32,254 nt of DNA from Candidatus Sulfopaludibacter sp. SbA3 (GTDB lineage Bacteria; Acidobacteriota; Terriglobia; Bryobacterales; Bryobacteraceae), in the NCBI GenBank assembly GCA_900290315.1, contig OKRF01000113.1, positions 6,481 to 38,734 on the forward strand, written 5' to 3'. The first letter of the stretch is position 1; every line of letters starts with the position of its first letter. Made by a program: the position numbers and the translations under genes. The notes beneath the pieces were generated by a model. That model was not told the DNA's origin and made no database searches. It was given only the letters and a program-made list of their open reading frames with translations. Positions 1 to 9,026 of this stretch are shown piece by piece.

Positions 1-1
1 G

Positions 2-178
2 GACGGCTCTACCGCCACATTTATCGACAGTCACAAGAAGGAGTTCACCGCCCCGGTGAAGGTCGAGAAGGTGACCAAGAAGTCCGAATATACGGCCGTC
101 GAGACCAAAGATGCCAACGGCACCTCCGAAATCAATGTCATTGACCTCGGCGGAGCTGACTTCAAGCTGGTTTTCTAA
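2..178 (+). CDS. 3' end of an upstream CDS (hypothetical protein; 5' end outside the window)
   Basis: Frame 2 is open from the window edge to TAA at 176-178 (DGSTATFIDSHKKEF...GADFKLVF*). The stop lies 9 nt before the next ORF. No family recognised. Confidence 0.4.
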   Translation, partial: DGSTATFIDSHKKEFTAPVKVEKVTKKSEYTAVETKDANGTSEINVIDLGGADFKLVF

Positions 179-187
179 TTCCACGTT

Positions 188-1384
188 TTGGGCGGGTCTC
201 CACGTCCGCAGGCCCCTTTTACATCGTTTTATAATCTAGGTTTGCAGGCAACTTTCCGGGCTCCCACCGCTGATTCCGTGCCTTGGTACGTCTGGTGTTC
301 CGTGGCAGCGGTGACCAGCGCGATGATCGGGATCCACTGGGATATTTCCTGGCATCGCTCCATCGGCCGCGACACTTTCTGGACACCGGCCCACCTGGTG
401 ATTCACCTGTGCGGCGTGCTGGCCGGCATTTCGTGCGGCTACCTGATTCTCTCCACCACGTTCCGGCGGAACTCCCCGCTGCGCGATTGCGCCGTGCGCA
501 TGTGGGGATTCCGCGGGCCACTGGGCGCGTTTCTGTCAGCTTGGGGTGGGGTGGCCATGCTCACCTCGGCCCCATTCGACAACTGGTGGCACAACGCCTA
601 CGGGCTGGACGTCAAGATTCTCAGTCCGCCTCACATGGTGCTGGCTGCCGGCATCTTCGCGGTACACGCGGGCGCTCTGCTCCTGATTCTGGGCCAGATG
701 AATCGTGCCGAAGGAGTGCAGCGGGCGCGTTTGCAGTGGCTCTTTCTGTACGTGGGCGGCATGATTCTGGTGTGCCTTTCCGTGCTGCAGATGGAAATCA
801 CTTCCCGCAGTTCCATGCATTCGGCACATTTTTACCGCCTCGTGGCCATGGTCGCGCCACCCGTGATGGCCGGAGTGGCCCGCGCCAGCAAGTTTAAGTG
901 GGCTGCCACCGCGATTGCCGGTGTCTACACCCTATTCGTGCTGCTCATGAGTTGGATCCTGCCGCTCTTCCCCGCACAGCCGAAACTGGGGCCGGTTTAC
1001 CATCACCTCACCCAGTTCACACCGCCCGAATTCCCCGTGCTGTTTGTGGTGCCGGCCCTGGCGCTGGATCTCCTCTGGCAGCGCACAGGCAATTGGAGCA
1101 TCTGGAGGCGGGCGGTGGTGTCCGGCGCGGTTTTTGTGCTGGCGCTGGCGGCTGTGCAGTGGCCGTTCGCCAGTTTCCTGATGACGCCGGCGGCGCGCAA
1201 CTGGTTCTTTGGAACTCACTATTTCGGCTACTACGTGCCGGCCACGTCCCTGTACGCCCGCTATCAGTTCTTTCCGCCGGAACCCGTGTTCTGGCAGGAG
1301 GCCGCGGCGGCGCTGGCTACCGCCATCGTCACCACTGCGCTGGGACTGGCCTGGGGCAACTGGATGCAGAAAATTCGCCGTTAA
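188..1384 (+). CDS. Polytopic membrane protein with conserved-looking His/Trp motifs; family not recognised
   Basis: 398-codon ORF with roughly 9-10 hydrophobic segments. Motifs seen: IHWDISWH, FWTPAHLVIH, FDNWWH, LSPPH. The TTG start at 188 is uncertain; GTG at 278 is an alternative. The stop is 1 nt before the next gene's ATG. Confidence 0.7.
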   Translation: MGGSPRPQAPFTSFYNLGLQATFRAPTADSVPWYVWCSVAAVTSAMIGIHWDISWHRSIGRDTFWTPAHLVIHLCGVLAGISCGYLILSTTFRRNSPLRDCAVRMWGFRGPLGAFLSAWGGVAMLTSAPFDNWWHNAYGLDVKILSPPHMVLAAGIFAVHAGALLLILGQMNRAEGVQRARLQWLFLYVGGMILVCLSVLQMEITSRSSMHSAHFYRLVAMVAPPVMAGVARASKFKWAATAIAGVYTLFVLLMSWILPLFPAQPKLGPVYHHLTQFTPPEFPVLFVVPALALDLLWQRTGNWSIWRRAVVSGAVFVLALAAVQWPFASFLMTPAARNWFFGTHYFGYYVPATSLYARYQFFPPEPVFWQEAAAALATAIVTTALGLAWGNWMQKIRR

Positions 1385-1385
1385 T

Positions 1386-2831
1386 ATGAGGTCTCGCGCC
1401 GCACTCGCCGCACTCCTGATTGCGCTGGCCAGCCCGATCCCGGCGCATGTGGGCAGTCCCGATGTCTTTTACGAAGGCGATGCCGGCCCTTATCGCCTGC
1501 TCGTAACCATCCGGCCGCCGCAGGTGATTCCAGGCACCGCGGAAATCGAGATCCGCAGCCTCTCCTCCGACGTACGGCAAATCCGGATGGTGCCGCTGCG
1601 CATCACCACCGCAAAGCAATTCGCTCCGGTGCCCGATCTGGCGCGTCCTTCGCCGGAAGAGCCGCAATTCTATACGGGATCGCTATGGCTCATGGCCACC
1701 GGCTCATGGCAGGTCCGTTTGATGGCGGAAGGGGCGCGCGGCCAGGGCACCCTCTCGGTTCCCGTGCCCGCGCTCGCTACGCGAGTGCTCGGCATGCAAA
1801 AGGCCATGGGGATTCTGCTTGGTGTGCTGGGCCTGTTGCTCTGCGGGGGCCTCGTGAGCATCGCCGGAGCGAGTGTACGGGATGCGCCGCTAGAGCCGGG
1901 CGTGCGGCCCGACCGCACCCGCCGCACCCGTTCCGTTGCCGTGATGGCTGCGACTGCGCTCCTGCTGGCGGCCGTGCTGTACTTCGGCAACGAATGGTGG
2001 AGTTCGGAAGAAGGCGCCTACCGGAGGCTGGTGTTCAAGCCGCTGCAACTGAATGCCAGGCTCGATGGCAGCCGATTGGTACTGCGCCTGGAAGATCCCG
2101 GCTGGTTGAGCCGCCGCACCGACGATCTGCTGCCCGATCACGATCACCTGATGCATCTGTATGTCATCCGCCTGCCCGAGATGGACTGCGTCCTGCACCT
2201 GCATCCCGAGCGCGGCGAGGGCGACGAATTCGACCAGCAGTTGCCAGATATGCCCGCGGGACGTTACGCACTCTATGGCGACATTGTCCACGCCAACGGG
2301 CTTGGCGAAACCGCTACGGGCGAAATCGCGCTGCCCGCCATGAAGGGCCGGCCTTTGACTGGCGATGATGCGGCGGCGGATGCCCCACCCCTTTCGAAAG
2401 CGGATTACAATCGCAGTGTGACAGCACTTTCGGGTGGGGGGCGGATGCTCTGGGAGCGGGGCAGTGCGCCCTTGCGGGCGGGCGAGCCCTGCATGTTCCG
2501 GTTTCGCGTGGAAGATGCCGGCGGACAGCCGGTGCACGACATGCAACTCTACATGGGGATGCTGGGGCACGCCGCGTTTGTATCTGCGGACCGGAGCGCG
2601 TTCGCTCACGTGCATCCTTCCGGGTCTGTTCCTATGGCCGCGCTGCAGTTGACGCAGCCGGCGAATCCTCACGCCGGGCACAGCATGATGGACATGGATT
2701 CCGGGGCGTTGCCCGCCACGGTGTCGTTTCCCTACGGTTTTCCCAAACCTGGCGCCTATCGCATTTTCGTTCAGGTTAAGCACGGCGGAAAAATCGAGAC
2801 GGGAGTTTTCGACACGCACCTGGAGAATTGA
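1386..2831 (+). CDS. Exported, membrane-anchored protein with a predicted N-terminal His and two HxHP-motif beta-sandwich-like modules (YtkA/FixH-like, tentative)
   Basis: ATG at 1386 is in frame within track ORF 1209..2831 and gives a Sec-type leader (MRSRAALAALLIALASPIPA|HVGSP). Two internal hydrophobic segments follow. Repeated modules: LMHLYVIRLPEMDCVLHLHP and MGMLGHAAFVSADRSAFAHVHP. Confidence 0.7.
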   Translation: MRSRAALAALLIALASPIPAHVGSPDVFYEGDAGPYRLLVTIRPPQVIPGTAEIEIRSLSSDVRQIRMVPLRITTAKQFAPVPDLARPSPEEPQFYTGSLWLMATGSWQVRLMAEGARGQGTLSVPVPALATRVLGMQKAMGILLGVLGLLLCGGLVSIAGASVRDAPLEPGVRPDRTRRTRSVAVMAATALLLAAVLYFGNEWWSSEEGAYRRLVFKPLQLNARLDGSRLVLRLEDPGWLSRRTDDLLPDHDHLMHLYVIRLPEMDCVLHLHPERGEGDEFDQQLPDMPAGRYALYGDIVHANGLGETATGEIALPAMKGRPLTGDDAAADAPPLSKADYNRSVTALSGGGRMLWERGSAPLRAGEPCMFRFRVEDAGGQPVHDMQLYMGMLGHAAFVSADRSAFAHVHPSGSVPMAALQLTQPANPHAGHSMMDMDSGALPATVSFPYGFPKPGAYRIFVQVKHGGKIETGVFDTHLEN

Positions 2832-3661
2832 TCTTGCCTGAAACCATCAAAGAAAAAAGCGTTCTGATTACCGGCGCCGGGCGCGGCATCGGGAAACGCC
2901 TGGCGATGGGTTTCGCCCAGGCGGGAGCGCGCGTGGGATTGCTGGGGCGCAGCGGGGCGGAACTGGACCTCGCCAAACTGGAAATCGAGCAGGCTGGAGG
3001 GAACGCCCTGAGGCTGCGCGCCGATGTGCGTGATCTGGAACAACTGGCCGCGGCAGTGGATCGCATGCGGGTGGTTTTCGGCGGGTTGGACGTGCTGATT
3101 GCCGCGGCCGGTGTGCCCGGCCCCATTGGCCCGCTGCTTTCCACCAAGCCCAAGGTGTGGAACGAAGCCATTGACGTGAACCTGATCGGGGTCGTCAACG
3201 CGTGCCGCGCCGCCTTGCCGCCCATGGTGGAGAAACGATGCGGCAAGGTGATTCTCATCGCCGGCGGCGGAGCGTCCGCATCGCGCCCGAATTTCACGGC
3301 GTACGCAGCGTCAAAGGCGGCGTTGGTGCGATTTGCCGAATGCCTGGCGGACGAGGTGCGCGATGCCAACGTGCAGGTGAACGCCATGATCCCCGGCGGC
3401 AGTTACACCTACATGACCGACGAAATCCTGAACGCGGGCGAGGAAAAGGCCGGCCGCAAGGAAATCGAAGAGGCCCAGCAGATCCGCATCACAGGAGGCG
3501 AATCGCCCGAACGCCAGACGCAACTCGCCCTGTTTCTGGCCTCGGAGCGTTCCAACCACGTCAGCGGCAAACTGATTCACGTGAACGACGATTGGAAGCG
3601 ATTCGAGAAGGACAACATGAGAGCCGATCTCTACACCTTGCGGCGCGTGCATAAGAACTAA
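2828..3661 (+). CDS. SDR family (short-chain dehydrogenase/reductase) oxidoreductase
   Basis: Rossmann motif VLITGAGRGIGKRLA and catalytic YAASKAAL (YxxxK). The TTG start at 2828 overlaps the upstream stop; TTG at 2834 is an alternative. Confidence 0.9.
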   Translation: MILPETIKEKSVLITGAGRGIGKRLAMGFAQAGARVGLLGRSGAELDLAKLEIEQAGGNALRLRADVRDLEQLAAAVDRMRVVFGGLDVLIAAAGVPGPIGPLLSTKPKVWNEAIDVNLIGVVNACRAALPPMVEKRCGKVILIAGGGASASRPNFTAYAASKAALVRFAECLADEVRDANVQVNAMIPGGSYTYMTDEILNAGEEKAGRKEIEEAQQIRITGGESPERQTQLALFLASERSNHVSGKLIHVNDDWKRFEKDNMRADLYTLRRVHKN

Positions 3662-4196
3662 CAGGACGAGGTATCCCGTCGGGATCTGGGAGTCGAGGAA
3701 GTCGGAATCGCCCCAAAGCTGCCCCTCTCTCTCGAAAATCCTGAGCCGCGAGCCCGCCGCAAACCCGTGCCACCCTCGAAAATCGCCCCCAATCGCCCGG
3801 AGGTGGTCGGCGCGGGCCAAGTCCATTGACAGGCGGCTCATGAGGCGAAGCTTCACCCGCCCGGATGAGAATTCGTTAGCCCCGTGGGACAGACGATGGT
3901 TTTTTGTCGTCTGTCTTCTTCAGGCTATGCGGGCATTTTCGAGAGAGGCGAAAGAACTTGCAACTGTACCTATCGTCCATTTTCATTCCCATCGTTGCCC
4001 GCGCGCGGGCGCCCCAACAGGCTCGAAATTCGCCGTGCCTGGCTGGAGTTTGCCCCTTCGCGAAATAACGACGCGTTGTTCTCGTCAGATTCGGATCCGT
4101 CGTGACTCCCAATGCGGCCTCCTTTGGAGTTCAGGAAAATCAATGCACGTTTCTCCGTTTCCGGCGTCTAAACGTTAAACCCAAGGAGTGCCAAAC

Positions 4197-5111
4197 GTGC
4201 GAACGACGGCAACGATCTTTCTGATGGTTCTCTCATGTGGCGCGGCGTGGAGCCAATCCGCCGACGCCCCGCTGACATTCGAGGTGGCTTCTATCAAGCC
4301 CTCGCCGCCGCCGGACGGCAGGGGAATGCGAGTTGGGTGCCCCGGAGGACCGGGAAGTTCCGACCCCGGCCGCATCACCTGCACAAACATCAACCTGGCC
4401 AACCTCGTGAGCATGGCGTACGGGCTGGCGCGCTATCAGCTCCTCGGCCTCAGCCTTTCCGATACCGACCGGTTCGAGATTACCGCGAAGGTGCCTGAGG
4501 GAGCTACCAAGGAGCAGGTCAAACTGATGTGGCAGAACCTGCTCAAGGAGCGTTTCAAGTTGGCCGTTCACCGGGAACAGAAAGAGATGCAGGTGTATGA
4601 ACTGTCGGTGGCGAAGGGCGGTCTCAAGGCGAAGGACTCGGTGGAAGAGCCTCCGCCCAGCGCCGACGCCCCTCCGTCTGTCCCGCCCCGCGATGGGCCT
4701 CCGAAGTTCCAACTGGACAAGGACGGGTTTCCGGAGCTTCCCGCCGGGCGCGGCCCCTCGATGATCATGATGAACGGCAAGGCCCGATGGCGCGCTTCCA
4801 AGGCAACGATGGATCAAGTCGCCTCCATGCTGGGAGCGCAACTGAATCAACCGGTCACGGATGTTACCGGGCTCAAGGGCAAATACGACTTCACCCTGTC
4901 CTGGGCTACGGAGTCGTTTGGCGGCGGGCGGGGTGTGGCAGTTGGCAGCTCGGAAGGCGGTTCGCCGCTCGCCGGCTTGCCCGATACCGATGGTGGTCCC
5001 ACGCTTCTCAGCGCGCTGCAGAGCCAGCTCGGGCTGAAACTCGAACAGAAAAAAGGGTCGATCGAAGTGGTCGTCGTAGACCACGTGGAAAGGGTCCCTA
5101 CGGAGAATTAG
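4197..5111 (+). CDS. TIGR03435-family soil-associated (acidobacterial) secreted protein
   Basis: Signal peptide followed by the hallmark FEVASIKPSPP motif. C-terminal end is IEVVVVDHVERVPTEN. AAGGAG at 4183-4188 lies 8 nt upstream of GTG 4197, so I prefer 4197 to the track start at 4188. Confidence 0.85.
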   Translation: MRTTATIFLMVLSCGAAWSQSADAPLTFEVASIKPSPPPDGRGMRVGCPGGPGSSDPGRITCTNINLANLVSMAYGLARYQLLGLSLSDTDRFEITAKVPEGATKEQVKLMWQNLLKERFKLAVHREQKEMQVYELSVAKGGLKAKDSVEEPPPSADAPPSVPPRDGPPKFQLDKDGFPELPAGRGPSMIMMNGKARWRASKATMDQVASMLGAQLNQPVTDVTGLKGKYDFTLSWATESFGGGRGVAVGSSEGGSPLAGLPDTDGGPTLLSALQSQLGLKLEQKKGSIEVVVVDHVERVPTEN

Positions 5112-5185
5112 AAAATCTGTCAGCCTGATCCGCGCGATTTATTGCATATCGCAATAAATCGCGCGGATCAGGCTGACAGATTTTC
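5111..5185. repeat. Perfect inverted repeat: 35-bp arms (5111-5145 and 5151-5185) with a 5-nt loop (atatc)
   Basis: The left arm gaaaatctgtcagcctgatccgcgcgatttattgc is the exact reverse complement of the right arm. It lies between convergent genes. It abuts the TAG stop at 5109-5111 and contains the last 5 codons and the stop of rlmN. Confidence 0.95.
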
Positions 5186-6208
5186 GCCGTTCCGTTTGAG
5201 CTGCCCGCAGGCGGCGTAAATGTCCAGTCCGCGCGGCTTGCGGACGAAGCAGGGGACGCTGCGGCGCATCAACGCTTGAAATGCCGTCACGCGTTCCGGA
5301 TCGGGTGTCTCGAAAGGGATACCCGGGCCCGGATTGAGGGCGATCAGGTTCACTTTGCAGTTCAGGTTGGCCAGCAGTTTCACCACGCGGCGCGCGTCGG
5401 CGTCGGAATCATTCACCGCTTTGAGCAGCACATACTCGAAAGTCAGCTTCTCCCACGGGCGCAGCGGGTAAGCCTTGCAGGCGGCCATCAGATCTTTCAG
5501 GTGATACTTGCGCGTGATGGGCATCAGCTCCTGACGCGATTCTTCGGTGGACGCATTGAGAGAGATGGCGAGCTTGGGACGCACTGGCTCGCGGCCCAAT
5601 TCCTCCATCCGCGGAATGATGCCGGCAGTGGAGACGGTGACCCGCCGTGGCGAAAGCGCGAAGCCGCCGGGGTCCAGCAGAATGCGCGTGGCCTTGACAA
5701 CGTTTTCCAGGTTGAGCAGGGGCTCGCCCTGCCCCATCATCACGATGTTGAGGCGTCCTCCCTCCTGACGCAGTCGATTCTCGCGCGCCACCAGAAGCAC
5801 CTGGCCGACAATCTCCCCCGCGGTCAGGCTGCGCTCCAGACCCATCAAGGCCGTCATGCAGAACTTGCAATCCACCGGGCAGCCCACCTGGCTGGAGATG
5901 CAGACGGTGTCGCGCTCGCCTTCGGGCATCAGGACGGTTTCCACAGTACGGCCATCGTCCAGCCGGAGCAGGTAGCGGCGGGTGCCGTCCGCCGACTGGT
6001 AGAGACGAGCGATCTCCGGCAGGCCGACGCGGTGGCGCGCCGCTAAGTCCGTTCGCAGGTTCGCCGGAAGTGTGGAGATCTGCACGAATTCGGACGCCTG
6101 GCCCCGGTAAATGGCTTCATAGACCTGCTTCGCCCGGTATCCTGGTTGATCGGAGCCCAGGGCCTCGCGCAGATCGGCAAGGTCCATGCCCACGAGAGGT
6201 TGGGACAT
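5168..6208 (-). CDS. rlmN: 23S rRNA/tRNA adenine-C2 methyltransferase RlmN (radical SAM)
   Basis: Radical SAM motif CPVDCKFC, N-terminal [11 protein letters not shown] and C-terminal IYAACGQL are all typical of RlmN. ATG start at 6208. Confidence 0.95.
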   Translation of the reverse strand: MSQPLVGMDLADLREALGSDQPGYRAKQVYEAIYRGQASEFVQISTLPANLRTDLAARHRVGLPEIARLYQSADGTRRYLLRLDDGRTVETVLMPEGERDTVCISSQVGCPVDCKFCMTALMGLERSLTAGEIVGQVLLVARENRLRQEGGRLNIVMMGQGEPLLNLENVVKATRILLDPGGFALSPRRVTVSTAGIIPRMEELGREPVRPKLAISLNASTEESRQELMPITRKYHLKDLMAACKAYPLRPWEKLTFEYVLLKAVNDSDADARRVVKLLANLNCKVNLIALNPGPGIPFETPDPERVTAFQALMRRSVPCFVRKPRGLDIYAACGQLKRNGENLSA

Positions 6209-6326
6209 TCTCTTCTCATTCTACCGGAATGGCCTGTCCTGCCAAAAAGGTGTTACAAAGGAAGTACAGGCTCAGCACTCCCAATCCGACATGACATCGC
6301 CAATCAGTCCCGTGAGGGACATCGAA

Positions 6327-7577
6327 ATGACTACGCTCACGAGTGGGGTCCGGATCATCACCGAGGCTATGCCTCACGTGCGTTCGGTCTCCGTCGGTGT
6401 GTGGATCAACGCCGGCTCGCGCAGCGAAACGCCGGACCAGAACGGCATCTCCCATTTCATCGAGCACATGCTGTTCAAAGGCACCACCAAGCGAAGCGCC
6501 GAAGACATCGCCCGTTCGGTGGATTCGATTGGCGGCAATCTCGACGCCTTCACGGCCAAGGAACTGGTTTGCTTCAACACCAAGGTGCTCGACCAGCATC
6601 TCTCCCAGGCATTCGATGTGCTCGCCGACCTGGTGCTGCACCCTATGTTCCGTACCGAGGACATCGAAAAGGAAAAGGGTGTCATTCTGGAAGAAATCAA
6701 GATGGAGGCGGACAGTCCGGACTACCTGGTCCACGAAATCTTCTCCGCCAATTTCTGGAAAGATCATCCGCTGGGCAAGCCGATTCTAGGGACTCCACAG
6801 ACCGTGAAGCGCTTCGATCGCGCCATGATTCAGGACTACTACAGCTCGACGTATGTGCCTGCCAACCTGATTGTCACGGCCGCGGGCAACCTCACGCATG
6901 AGCGGCTCGTGGCGCTGGTCTGCGAGCATTTCGAGAGCCTTCCACCGGTCGGCTTGCCGGCGCCCGGCCCCGTCCCGGGTACCCACGCGCGGCTCGCGCT
7001 GCGCAATAAGAAGGCGCTGGAGCAGGTCCACCTGGTGCTGGGAGTGCCTTCGTATCCCTTGCCGCATGAGGAGCGGTTCGCCTGCTACGTGATGAACACG
7101 CTGCTGGGAGGAGGCATGAGTTCGCGGCTGTTCCAGAACATCCGCGAGCGGCAGGGGCTGGCCTACGCGGTCTTCTCGGAGCTCAATCCTTATCGCGATA
7201 CCGGCTGCATGTCGATCTACGCCGGGACGTCCACCGAATCGGCGCGGAAGGTGGTGGAGTCCATCATGCAGGAGTTCCGCCAACTCAAGAGTGAGACCGT
7301 GGGCGAAGAGGAACTGCGCCGCGCCAAGGATCACCTGAAGGGGTCATTGATGTTGAGCCTGGAATCCACATCCAGCCGCATGTCCAACCTGGCGCGCCAG
7401 GAGATGTACTTTGCCAAGTTCTTCACGCTGGACGAACTGGTGGAGAGCATCGAAGCCGTGACTGCCAACGATGTTCAGCGCATCGCCCGCACCTTCTTCG
7501 ACCCCAGGCAGATCGCCCTCACCGTGTTGGGCAATCTGGAGACTTTGAAGATCGGTCGCGAAGACCTGGCTTGCTAG
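6327..7577 (+). CDS. M16 family (pitrilysin/insulinase-like) zinc peptidase
   Basis: Inverted zinc motif HFIEHMLFKGT (HxxEH). I prefer the ATG at 6327, which has GAGGGA 7 nt upstream and gives MTTLTSGVRIITE. The track start at 6186 would overlap divergent rlmN; ATG at 6291 is also possible. Confidence 0.9.
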   Translation: MTTLTSGVRIITEAMPHVRSVSVGVWINAGSRSETPDQNGISHFIEHMLFKGTTKRSAEDIARSVDSIGGNLDAFTAKELVCFNTKVLDQHLSQAFDVLADLVLHPMFRTEDIEKEKGVILEEIKMEADSPDYLVHEIFSANFWKDHPLGKPILGTPQTVKRFDRAMIQDYYSSTYVPANLIVTAAGNLTHERLVALVCEHFESLPPVGLPAPGPVPGTHARLALRNKKALEQVHLVLGVPSYPLPHEERFACYVMNTLLGGGMSSRLFQNIRERQGLAYAVFSELNPYRDTGCMSIYAGTSTESARKVVESIMQEFRQLKSETVGEEELRRAKDHLKGSLMLSLESTSSRMSNLARQEMYFAKFFTLDELVESIEAVTANDVQRIARTFFDPRQIALTVLGNLETLKIGREDLAC

Positions 7578-7603
7578 TAACGCCGGCGGTCTTGCCGCCG
7601 GTT
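7577..7603. repeat. GC-rich hairpin repeat, copy 1 (gtaacgccggcggtcttgccgccggtt)
   Basis: Stem ccggcgg/ccgccgg with loop tcttg, between convergent genes. The 21-mer at 7582-7602 recurs exactly, reverse-complemented, at 16847-16867. A near copy is at 32219-32240. Confidence 0.8.
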
Positions 7604-7610
7604 CGACCCG

Positions 7611-9023
7611 CTAGCTCACCGCGTTCTTCCGCGAAAACACCTGTGCTTCGAACACATACAGCTTCGCCTGGGGATCGCGCCAGGCGTCCTTCCATAAGCC
7701 GCTCTTACGTTCCACCGCGCGGATGAAATCTTCCGCTGTCCAATCGCGACCTTCTGCCACCTGCGGAAGCAGAAGGCCAGAGCGGCCTTCCAGCTTCAGG
7801 AATGCACCGTGCCTGCCAATGCAGAATTCCGTAGCGCTGTGAATACGGCGGAAAGGAGTGAGCACCGAGACTTCGATATCGATGGGGCCGGTGCCTGACG
7901 TCGCTGGGCGGAACCGGGGATCGTCGAGTGCCGCGGCGAGAGCCAGATTGCCAATCTCCTTGGCCAGCGGATCGCGTCCAGCGAGGTTGCCAATGCAGCC
8001 CAGCAACTCCTCGCCCCTGTGAAGGCTCACAAAAGCGCCTCGCTTCATTTGCAGCGCCGGTGAACCACCGCGCGGGGGGACCCCATTCTGGTTCCCCTCA
8101 AGGCGCAGCCGGCACAGGGTCTCGGCGGCGCTATCGAGCAGGGCCCGGCAATCTTCCGCACCCAGGGAAAACGCCGAACTGGGGTGGAAGCCAAGCGCGG
8201 CATAGCTCACGCTGTGGTGCCAATCGGCGGTGAGTTCCCCGGACGTCTGGTAGTCCAGCGTGGATGGGTATATGGACTCGTCCAACCGGCGCAGCACAGC
8301 GAGCATTAGGGCGATGGGGCCAGTCCCGCACACAGTACCTTCGTGGCGCTTCACCGTTTCCAGAAACCGTTCGGCATCCAGGCATCCGGCAGCCTCGAGG
8401 TACTCGAAGTCCAGATCCCGCAAGCGGTCTTCCGTGTGGCGGTCAGTGGGGAAAGGAAGATGGCCGAACTCGCGCCCGTAGTGAGTAAAGTCCGACGATG
8501 CCAGAAAGACCGTTCCGGGCTGCCAGGATGCGGCCAGCACTCTGGCCGCCTGATCCCGCTCTTGGACGGTGAGGTGGCCCACGTACAATGGCGTGACCAC
8601 GGATCGCGGCACGCTCCTTTGCAGAAACGGCAATTGGATTTCGAAAGAGTGATCGCAGAGGCGGCTTTCCGACATCGTCCGAAAGTCATGCGCGAACCGC
8701 CCATCGATTGGTTGCTCGCCCAGCGGTGTGGCAATGGCCTGCACGTCGGGCACGGCAACGCCGTGCAGCACGCCGTGGTGCGGGAATGCCAGCATCACAA
8801 TCCGTTCCGCTCTCTGCTGCCCGAGCGTGCGATAGACAGCGGCCGCTACCGTACCGGAATAGGCCGGCCCGGCATGCGGCACCACGAACCCCAATCCGCC
8901 GGGCAGCCACTCGCCTATGCGGCGGCGCGATTCGGCATCCTTTTCTTCCAGTAATGCTTCCAGCTCCGCGGCCCCATCCGGATACCACCGGCCGCGATAT
9001 GGCGAAATGTGAACGGCAGCCAT
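7611..9023 (-). CDS. AmmeMemoRadiSam system protein B (Memo) fused to protein A (AMMECR1)
   Basis: The N-terminal half is Memo-like (RGRWYP..., VVPHAGPAYSG). The C-terminal half is AMMECR1-like (GAFVSLHRGEELLGCIGN). It is a single uninterrupted 470-codon ORF. Its ATG at 9023 lies 3 nt after the upstream radical SAM stop. Confidence 0.9.
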   Translation of the reverse strand: MAAVHISPYRGRWYPDGAAELEALLEEKDAESRRRIGEWLPGGLGFVVPHAGPAYSGTVAAAVYRTLGQQRAERIVMLAFPHHGVLHGVAVPDVQAIATPLGEQPIDGRFAHDFRTMSESRLCDHSFEIQLPFLQRSVPRSVVTPLYVGHLTVQERDQAARVLAASWQPGTVFLASSDFTHYGREFGHLPFPTDRHTEDRLRDLDFEYLEAAGCLDAERFLETVKRHEGTVCGTGPIALMLAVLRRLDESIYPSTLDYQTSGELTADWHHSVSYAALGFHPSSAFSLGAEDCRALLDSAAETLCRLRLEGNQNGVPPRGGSPALQMKRGAFVSLHRGEELLGCIGNLAGRDPLAKEIGNLALAAALDDPRFRPATSGTGPIDIEVSVLTPFRRIHSATEFCIGRHGAFLKLEGRSGLLLPQVAEGRDWTAEDFIRAVERKSGLWKDAWRDPQAKLYVFEAQVFSRKNAVS

Positions 9024-9026
9024 GCA

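Noticed and set aside
3840-4178. A 112-codon plus-strand ORF, plus the overlapping small ORFs 3876..4112 and 3884..4105, in the long spacer.
   Set aside because: No SD. The composition is unlike that of neighbouring genes: Arg/Ser/Cys-rich, with stop-rich alternative frames. No recognisable motif. I treat the region as non-coding.
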